32,613 nucleotides of DNA from Candidatus Margulisiibacteriota bacterium (lineage in GTDB: Bacteria > Margulisbacteria > WOR-1 > O2-12-FULL-45-9): assembly GCA_034723395.1 (NCBI GenBank), contig JAYEOW010000039.1, positions 1 through 32,613 of the forward strand. Reading direction: 5' to 3'. Positions 26,836 to 32,613 of the stretch are shown piece by piece. Position numbers and translations under genes: made by a program. The notes below the pieces were generated by a model that was not told where the DNA came from, ran no database searches, and was given only the letters and a program-made list of their open reading frames with translations. The stretch's first letter is position 1. The number at the start of each line of letters is the position of its first letter.

Positions 26836-27282
26836 TTAACTTTTCGGGGCCTCTTTCACCTCCTCCCTAGCTTTTTCTTCTACTTTTGGCTCTTCTGTTT
26901 TTTTCTCCTCTGTCTTTGGCGGTTCAGCTCCTTCTTTTGCTTCACCTGCAACTTCAGGTTTTTTCTCTCCCTCGGCAGCCGCTTCTGTTTTTATTTCCGC
27001 TTTTGGTCTTCTTTTATGTAATGATGCGAGATCAACCGGAGGAAGAACGCCAGCCTTACCTAGAAGGATTCTAACTCTTTCGGTCGGCTTAGCCCCTTTT
27101 TTTACCCATTCAGCGGCTTTTTTCTTATCAACATTAAAAATCGAAGGTTCAGCTAACGGATTATACTGACCTAAGGTATCAATCGCCATCCCTTTAGTTG
27201 CCAATGAGTCATCTTGAATGATAATATTATAAATCGGCCTCTTTTTTGTCCCTTTTCTTTGTAGTTTTATCTTTGCTCCCAA
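26836..27282 (-). CDS. rpsP: 30S ribosomal protein S16 with charged C-terminal extension
   Basis: KIKLQRKGTKKRPIY, LGQYNP, WVKKGAKPTERV; TTG start with SD AAGGAGGT. Confidence 0.95.
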   Translation of the reverse strand: MGAKIKLQRKGTKKRPIYNIIIQDDSLATKGMAIDTLGQYNPLAEPSIFNVDKKKAAEWVKKGAKPTERVRILLGKAGVLPPVDLASLHKRRPKAEIKTEAAAEGEKKPEVAGEAKEGAEPPKTEEKKTEEPKVEEKAREEVKEAPKS

Positions 27283-27297
27283 TGTAATTTACCTCCT

Positions 27298-27347
27298 TTC
27301 TCCTACGCCCCTTCTACGCACTTCGTGCTTCGGAGAGCTTTGGAGAA
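27298..27347 (-). repeat. Nested hairpin (REP-like) in the rpsP 5' leader
   Basis: Minus strand TTCTCC...GCTCT...GCAC-GAA-GTGC...AGGGC...GGAGAA, ending immediately 5' of the SD. Confidence 0.55.
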
Positions 27348-27401
27348 CTTATTATTATAGCGACCTGATTGCGCTACATTAGTATAGACGCACAAACAAG
27401 A

Positions 27402-27430
27402 ATTATACCAAATTATAGGAAAAACGTCAA
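27402..27430 (-). promoter_or_regulatory. sigma70 promoter of the rpsP operon
   Basis: TTGACG, 17 nt spacer, TATAAT with extended TG; the -35 overlaps the aroC stop. Confidence 0.8.
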
Positions 27431-28464
27431 ACAATCCTTGAGAGGTATGCTTCAAAAGTTGAAGTTAGGTCCTCGATCGAATCCCCGCCAAATTTTTCAA
27501 GGAAAGCAGCCGCGATTTCAATCGCCACGACCGCTTCGCCAATCACCGCCGCCGGTTCAACTGCCGAAATATCCGAACGCTCAACAAATGCCTCCGAGGC
27601 CTTTTTTGTCACCAGATCAACCGATTTTAGAGGTTTAACCAAGGTTGCGATCGGTTTTACCGCCGCACGGAGAATGATCGGCTCCCCATTGGTCATTCCA
27701 CCCTCTAAACCGCCTGCATTATTGGTCTTTCTTTCAAACCCTTTATCTTTTTTGTAAAATATCTCGTCCTGCATCTTTGAGCCCGGGGTTTCGGCCACTC
27801 CAAAACCAACGCCAACCTCCACCCCTTTAACCGCGGGAATGGCCATCAATACACGAGCCAGATTCCCATCTAATCTTCGGTCCCAATGGACATGGCTTCC
27901 CAACCCTACCGGTGATCCGGTAACGGTGACTTCAATTATTCCCCCCAATGTATCTCCATCTTCCCGCGCCTTATCGATCGTTTTTTTCCACTGCTTCTCG
28001 CTTTTTACTTCTCCGATCTGTACTACTTTACTAAAAACATTTATCCTGAATTCGGAAAGGAGTTTTTTGGCGATCGCCCCAACGGCAACTTTGGCCGCGG
28101 TCTCTCTGGCAGATGCCCGCTCTAAAATATTTCGAACATCCTTCTGGTTATATTTCAGCGCGCCGGGAAGGTCGGCATGTCCGGGACGGAGCTGAGCAAT
28201 TGGTTTATCGAAGAATTCCTGGCTCCGGTTATCGACCCGCAAAGCGATCGGACTGCCGATCGTCTTTCCGTCTCTAACCCCCGAAGTTAGTTCAACCTTA
28301 TCCTTTTCGATCTTCATCCTGGCGCCGCGGGCGTACCCCTGCTGGCGCCTTTCCAATTCGCGGTTAATGTCGTTCTCAGAAAGTTTTAAATTTGCGGGGA
28401 TACCTTCGAGAATAGCAATTAACGCGGGACCATGTGATTCACCGGCGGTTAAATATCTAAGCAT
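27427..28464 (-). CDS. aroC: Chorismate synthase
   Basis: LTAGESHG, RPGHAD, ERASARETA, NNAGGLEGGMTNG, ERSD. Confidence 0.98.
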   Translation of the reverse strand: MLRYLTAGESHGPALIAILEGIPANLKLSENDINRELERRQQGYARGARMKIEKDKVELTSGVRDGKTIGSPIALRVDNRSQEFFDKPIAQLRPGHADLPGALKYNQKDVRNILERASARETAAKVAVGAIAKKLLSEFRINVFSKVVQIGEVKSEKQWKKTIDKAREDGDTLGGIIEVTVTGSPVGLGSHVHWDRRLDGNLARVLMAIPAVKGVEVGVGFGVAETPGSKMQDEIFYKKDKGFERKTNNAGGLEGGMTNGEPIILRAAVKPIATLVKPLKSVDLVTKKASEAFVERSDISAVEPAAVIGEAVVAIEIAAAFLEKFGGDSIEDLTSTFEAYLSRIV

Positions 28465-28473
28465 TGCGAGAGG

Positions 28474-28513
28474 ATTATAGCATGGGGTAAAATGATAGGC
28501 AATATGTTATAAT
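28474..28513. promoter_or_regulatory. Back-to-back extended -10 promoters for aroC and ilvD
   Basis: Minus strand TGcTATAAT (28482-28474); plus strand TGtTATAAT (28505-28513). Confidence 0.65.
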
Positions 28514-28536
28514 CTTGCGCAAAGGATGGTGCTTTA

Positions 28537-30195
28537 ATGAGATCAGACCGTGCTAAAAAGGGATTAGAAAGGGTTCCCAATCGCGCCCTTGTTTACGGGA
28601 CGGGGGTTACCAGGAAAGGGATGCAAAAACCGTGGATAGGGATCGCTAATTCATACACTAATTTGATCCCCGGACATGTAGATATGCGGCCGCTGGCCGA
28701 AGCGATCGCAAACGGGATCTTCGCGGGGGGCGGGCAGGCTTTTCAATTTGGCCTTCCCGGCATATGCGACGGCGTAGCCATGGGACACCTGGGGATGCAT
28801 TACTCTCTCCCTTCCAGGGAACTGATCGCCGATTCTGTAGAATCTGTCACCCAGGCCCACGCCTTCGACGGGATCGTCCTGCTGACCGCATGCGATAAAA
28901 TAACTCCCGGGATGCTTATGGCCGCCGGCCGGCTGAACATTCCCGCTATCGTTGTAACTGCCGGCCCTATGTATTCCGGCCGCCATAACATGATCAAAAG
29001 ATCTCTGGTACGCGATACATTTGAGGCGCTGGCCTCTCATAAATCAGGGAAGATTGCCGCCCAGGAGCTGGCCTGCCTTGAAATGGAGGCCTGTCCCGGA
29101 GCCGGAGCCTGCCAGGGGCTTTATACAGCTAACACTATGGCCTGTTTGACCGAAGCGATGGGAATGTCTCTTCCTGATTGTGGAACATCCCTTGCTGTTT
29201 CTGCTAAAAAGAAAAGGATCGCCTTTGAATCCGGAGAAAAGATCGTTGAACTTGTAAAGAAAAATATTACTGCCCGCACAATCCTAAATTCCAACGCTAT
29301 TTACAACGCCGTTGTAATGGACAACGTCTTGGGGGGCTCCACTAATTCTGTTTTGCATATCCCGGCAATCGCGCATGATGCAGGAGCAGATATTTCGCTT
29401 GATCTTTTTGACGAAGTCAGTAAAAAAGTTCCGCATATTACCAATTTGCGCCCGGGCGGCGATTATTTTATGGAAGATTTCCATTTCGCCGGCGGAGTGC
29501 AGGCCGCCCTGCATGTCATAAAAAATAAGATAAAGAATAATCCTACGGTCACAGGGAAAAGCATCAAGCAGCTGGCAACAGAAGGGAAAATCGCAGACCA
29601 CGATATTATCCGCTCCCTGTCAAAGCCCTATCATAAAGAGGGCGGCATGGCGGTGCTCAAGGGAAACATTGCGCCCAACGGCTGTATCGTAAAACAAAGC
29701 GCGGTCTCCCCAAAATCTATGAAGTTTAAAGGGAAAGCGGTAGTTTTTGAATCTGAAGAGGCGGCGATGAAAGCCATTCTCGGCAAAGAGATAAAGCCCG
29801 GAATGGTGGTTGTCGTGCGTTATGAAGGGCCAAAAGGCGGTCCCGGGATGAGAGAAATGCTGGCGCCGACGGCTGCGATTGCGGGAATGGGGCTCGGCGA
29901 ATCGGTCGCCTTAATTACCGACGGAAGATTTTCGGGCGGGACCCGCGGCGCTTGCATTGGCCACATTTCTCCGGAAGCGGCCGAAGGCGGACCGATCGCA
30001 ATTATTCATGACGGGGATATAATTGAGATCGATATTCATAAACGGAAGATCGATCTTAAATTAAGCATTGATGAAATTAATTCACGCTTGGCAAAGTGGA
30101 AAGCTCCCAAGCCAAAGATCACTACTGGCTGGCTTGGCCGTTACCAGAAGTTGGTTAGCTCAGCTAATACTGGTGCAGTTTTAAATAGTTATTAG
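28537..30195 (+). CDS. ilvD: Dihydroxy-acid dehydratase
   Basis: [52 protein letters not shown]. Confidence 0.98.
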   Translation: MRSDRAKKGLERVPNRALVYGTGVTRKGMQKPWIGIANSYTNLIPGHVDMRPLAEAIANGIFAGGGQAFQFGLPGICDGVAMGHLGMHYSLPSRELIADSVESVTQAHAFDGIVLLTACDKITPGMLMAAGRLNIPAIVVTAGPMYSGRHNMIKRSLVRDTFEALASHKSGKIAAQELACLEMEACPGAGACQGLYTANTMACLTEAMGMSLPDCGTSLAVSAKKKRIAFESGEKIVELVKKNITARTILNSNAIYNAVVMDNVLGGSTNSVLHIPAIAHDAGADISLDLFDEVSKKVPHITNLRPGGDYFMEDFHFAGGVQAALHVIKNKIKNNPTVTGKSIKQLATEGKIADHDIIRSLSKPYHKEGGMAVLKGNIAPNGCIVKQSAVSPKSMKFKGKAVVFESEEAAMKAILGKEIKPGMVVVVRYEGPKGGPGMREMLAPTAAIAGMGLGESVALITDGRFSGGTRGACIGHISPEAAEGGPIAIIHDGDIIEIDIHKRKIDLKLSIDEINSRLAKWKAPKPKITTGWLGRYQKLVSSANTGAVLNSY

Positions 30196-30218
30196 TCATA
30201 GTGAGCAAAGCTTGCGTG

Positions 30219-30247
30219 TTGTTAGTTGGTAATAGCTATGGTAAAAT
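30219..30247 (+). promoter_or_regulatory. Putative promoter of ilvBN
   Basis: TTGTTA, 17 nt spacer, TAAAAT with extended TG; ATG 10 nt downstream, no SD. Confidence 0.55.
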
Positions 30248-30257
30248 CCTTTAACCC

Positions 30258-31934
30258 ATGGAAATAACTGGAGCCCAAGCGTTAATTGAATCACTAAAAA
30301 AAGAGGGCGTTAAGCATATTTTTGGCTATCCCGGCGGTACAGTGTTGCCCATTTATGACATTCTTTTTAAAGAAAAAGATATTAAACATATCCTTACCCG
30401 TCACGAACAGGGGGCGGCCCACGCGGCGGACGGCTATGCTCGAACCACCGGAAAGGTGGGTGTGTGCCTGGCCACCTCTGGCCCAGGAGCCACCAATACG
30501 ATAACTGGAATTGCTACTGCTTTTATGGATTCTATCCCCATGGTGATCATTACAGGGCAAGTAGCCACAGCACTTTTAGGAAGAGACTCTTTTCAAGAGG
30601 CAGATGTAACAGGCATTACCCAGCCTATTACAAAACACAACTATTTAGTAAAATACGTGGAAGACATTCCAAGAGTTATTAAAGAAGCTTTTCATATCGC
30701 TAGGACCGGGAGGCCCGGCCCGGTAGTGGTCGATATCGCAAAAGATGCCCAGGTTAAAACCTTAAAGTTTAAATATCCGGACAAGGTCGATCTTCCCGGA
30801 TACAAGCCAACATTGAAGGGTCATCCGAGACAGATTAAAGCGGCTGCCAAAATGATCTCCCTGGCTAAGAAACCGGTCATCTATGCTGGCGGCGGAGTCG
30901 TCTCCTCCGGAGCCGCTAAGGAGCTAAAGGAATTTGCCGAAAGATTAAATATTCCGGTTACCACCACAATGATGGGGCTCGGAGCGTTTCCGGAAAACCA
31001 CAAATTGGCATTGATGATGCTCGGGATGCATGGGACCGCTTATGCAAACTATGCGGTCCAGGAGTGCGACCTCTTGATCGCGGTCGGCGCGCGTTTCGAT
31101 GATCGTGTTACTGGTCATTTACCGACCTTCGCTCCAAAAGCAAAACATATTCAAATCGATATCGATCCGGCAGAGATCGGAAAGAATGTGCGGATCGACG
31201 TGCCGATCGTTGGCGATGTAAAACAGACCTTAAAAGATCTGATCAGCAAAATCCCGGTAAAAGAGGGGAGACACCTTGACTGGCTTAAACAGGTTGAGGA
31301 GTGGAAAAAGAAATTTCCGTTAAGCTACAAGAAGAACGGTGTCTTGAAGCCTCAATATATAGTTGAGATGATCGATGAAGTAACCAAGGGTGAAGCGATC
31401 ATCACCACCGAAGTGGGACAGAACCAAATGTGGGCGGCCCAGTATTTTAAATTCAAAAAACCGCGCACCTGGGCATCCTCCGGCGGACTGGGAACCATGG
31501 GATACGGATTCCCGGCCGCAATCGGCGCCCAGTTTGGCAATCCGGACAAAATCGTATTTGATATCGCCGGCGACGGAAGTATCCAGATGAATATTCAAGA
31601 AATGGCCACCGCGGTTATCCACAAACTGCCGATCAAGATCGCCGTACTAAATAACGGTTTCTTGGGAATGGTACGACAGTGGCAGGAGCTATTATATGAT
31701 AAACGATATTCAGCAACTAATCTTTGCAATAATCCCGATCTGGTAAAGATCGCAGAAGCCTACGGCGCCGCGGCGATGCGGATCGACAAAAAAGAGGACG
31801 TGAAAAAGGCCCTGGAAGATTCACTCAAGATAAAAGATCGTCCGGCGCTTTTGGATTTTATGGTTTTTAAGGAAGAGAACGTTTTTCCGTTTGTCCCGCC
31901 GGGGCAGGCGATCAACGAGATGCTAATCGACTAA
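30258..31934 (+). CDS. ilvB: Acetolactate synthase large subunit
   Basis: FGYPGG, RHEQGA.HAADGYAR, TSGPGATN, GMHG, RFDDRVTG, GDGSIQMN, LGMVRQWQ. Confidence 0.98.
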   Translation: MEITGAQALIESLKKEGVKHIFGYPGGTVLPIYDILFKEKDIKHILTRHEQGAAHAADGYARTTGKVGVCLATSGPGATNTITGIATAFMDSIPMVIITGQVATALLGRDSFQEADVTGITQPITKHNYLVKYVEDIPRVIKEAFHIARTGRPGPVVVDIAKDAQVKTLKFKYPDKVDLPGYKPTLKGHPRQIKAAAKMISLAKKPVIYAGGGVVSSGAAKELKEFAERLNIPVTTTMMGLGAFPENHKLALMMLGMHGTAYANYAVQECDLLIAVGARFDDRVTGHLPTFAPKAKHIQIDIDPAEIGKNVRIDVPIVGDVKQTLKDLISKIPVKEGRHLDWLKQVEEWKKKFPLSYKKNGVLKPQYIVEMIDEVTKGEAIITTEVGQNQMWAAQYFKFKKPRTWASSGGLGTMGYGFPAAIGAQFGNPDKIVFDIAGDGSIQMNIQEMATAVIHKLPIKIAVLNNGFLGMVRQWQELLYDKRYSATNLCNNPDLVKIAEAYGAAAMRIDKKEDVKKALEDSLKIKDRPALLDFMVFKEENVFPFVPPGQAINEMLID

Positions 31935-32000
31935 CCCCTTCTGTCCCGACGAAGCGTCGGGACATCTCCCCCTTAATAAAGGGGAGAATGAGAGGGGGTT
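31933..32000 (+). repeat. Intergenic three-way-junction palindrome (REP-like)
   Basis: Outer stem AACCCCTTCT/AGAGGGGGTT enclosing GTCCCGACG-aag-CGTCGGGAC and TCTCCCC-cttaataaa-GGGGAGA. Confidence 0.75.
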
Positions 32001-32012
32001 GAAGGTGAAAAC

Positions 32013-32501
32013 ATGAAGCATACAATTTCAGTAATTGTAGAAAATAAACCGGGGGTCCTGCATAGAGTGTCGGGACTATTTTCCCGCCGTGGATTTAATA
32101 TCGAAAGTTTGGCAGTAGGCACCACCGCAAAGCCAAACATTTCGCGCATAACCATTGTTGCCGAAGGAGATGACCAGACTCTCGAGCAGATCATCAAACA
32201 GCTCTACAAACAGATCGATGTGCTTAAAGTTTTTGACCTGCCACCGGGTGAATCGATTGAGCGTGAGCTGGCCTTGATCAAAGTTCATGCTAACGAAAAA
32301 ACACGTGGTGAGATCACCCAGATCGTCGATATCTGTAAAGCCAAGGTTGTGGATGTCACCGAAGAGTCGATGATCGTTGAGATCTCGGATGAAAAGGAAA
32401 AAGTCGAGAACATCCAAAAGCTTCTCGATAAATTTGGCATTCATGAATTAGTAAGGACGGGAAAGATCGCGCTGCAAATCGGTGCTCGGGATCGGGAATA
32501 A
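32013..32501 (+). CDS. ilvN: Acetolactate synthase small (regulatory) subunit
   Basis: VENKPGVL.RVSGLFSRRGFNIESLAVG, ERELALIKV, ELVRTG. Confidence 0.97.
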   Translation: MKHTISVIVENKPGVLHRVSGLFSRRGFNIESLAVGTTAKPNISRITIVAEGDDQTLEQIIKQLYKQIDVLKVFDLPPGESIERELALIKVHANEKTRGEITQIVDICKAKVVDVTEESMIVEISDEKEKVENIQKLLDKFGIHELVRTGKIALQIGARDRE

Positions 32502-32613
32502 GCCGCTGGACTTAATTTTGCGCTCTCCGCATCTCCTTAGAGATACAAATTCCGGCGGTATTAAGTATTCGACAAGACGGGCCGCGTTGTTGTTATAACG
32601 GTTCTCAGGGTTG

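Noticed and set aside
32448..32612. Open minus-strand frame entering from the window edge (NPENRYNNNAARLVEYLIPPEF...)
   Set aside because: Could be the 3' end of a convergent gene, but it is short, overlaps ilvN by 54 nt and has no recognisable motif.
1..32613. CRISPR array, rRNA or riboswitch
   Set aside because: No regularly spaced direct repeats, no rRNA-like stretch, and no intergenic sequence matching a riboswitch or T-box that I can recognise.

Overview
Bacterial chromosomal window that is mostly housekeeping genes: PfkB-family kinase/CBS/cation antiporter, BtuFCD-like ABC transporter, ftsK, GlmU-like/ackA/apbE, pyrB, rpsP-khpA-ylqD-trmD-SPOUT-rplS-lepB-rnhB, aroC, ilvD, ilvBN. An outer-membrane-type protein alongside Firmicutes/Cyanobacteria-like gene order (ylqD in the rpsP operon) suggests a diderm Terrabacteria lineage such as Margulisbacteria/Saganbacteria; this is inference only. 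The window opens with the right end of an ISL3-type element. Three loci stand out. (1) A candidate small-molecule signalling cassette at 3638-8561: response regulator, SAM methyltransferase, a DarB/StlD-like ketosynthase that has lost its His/Asn catalytic residues, and a multi-TM-GAF-PAS histidine kinase. (2) An HTH + LAGLIDADG-like ORF that reads through a complete same-strand tRNA-Gln and a long REP-like hairpin, followed by a GIY-YIG nuclease (15560-16713). (3) A full-length RelA/SpoT homologue degenerate in both catalytic centres, which shares a sigma28-like promoter motif with an orphan ORF. Several genes appear to have leaderless or near-leaderless transcripts. All family assignments are from motif recognition by eye; no searches were run.
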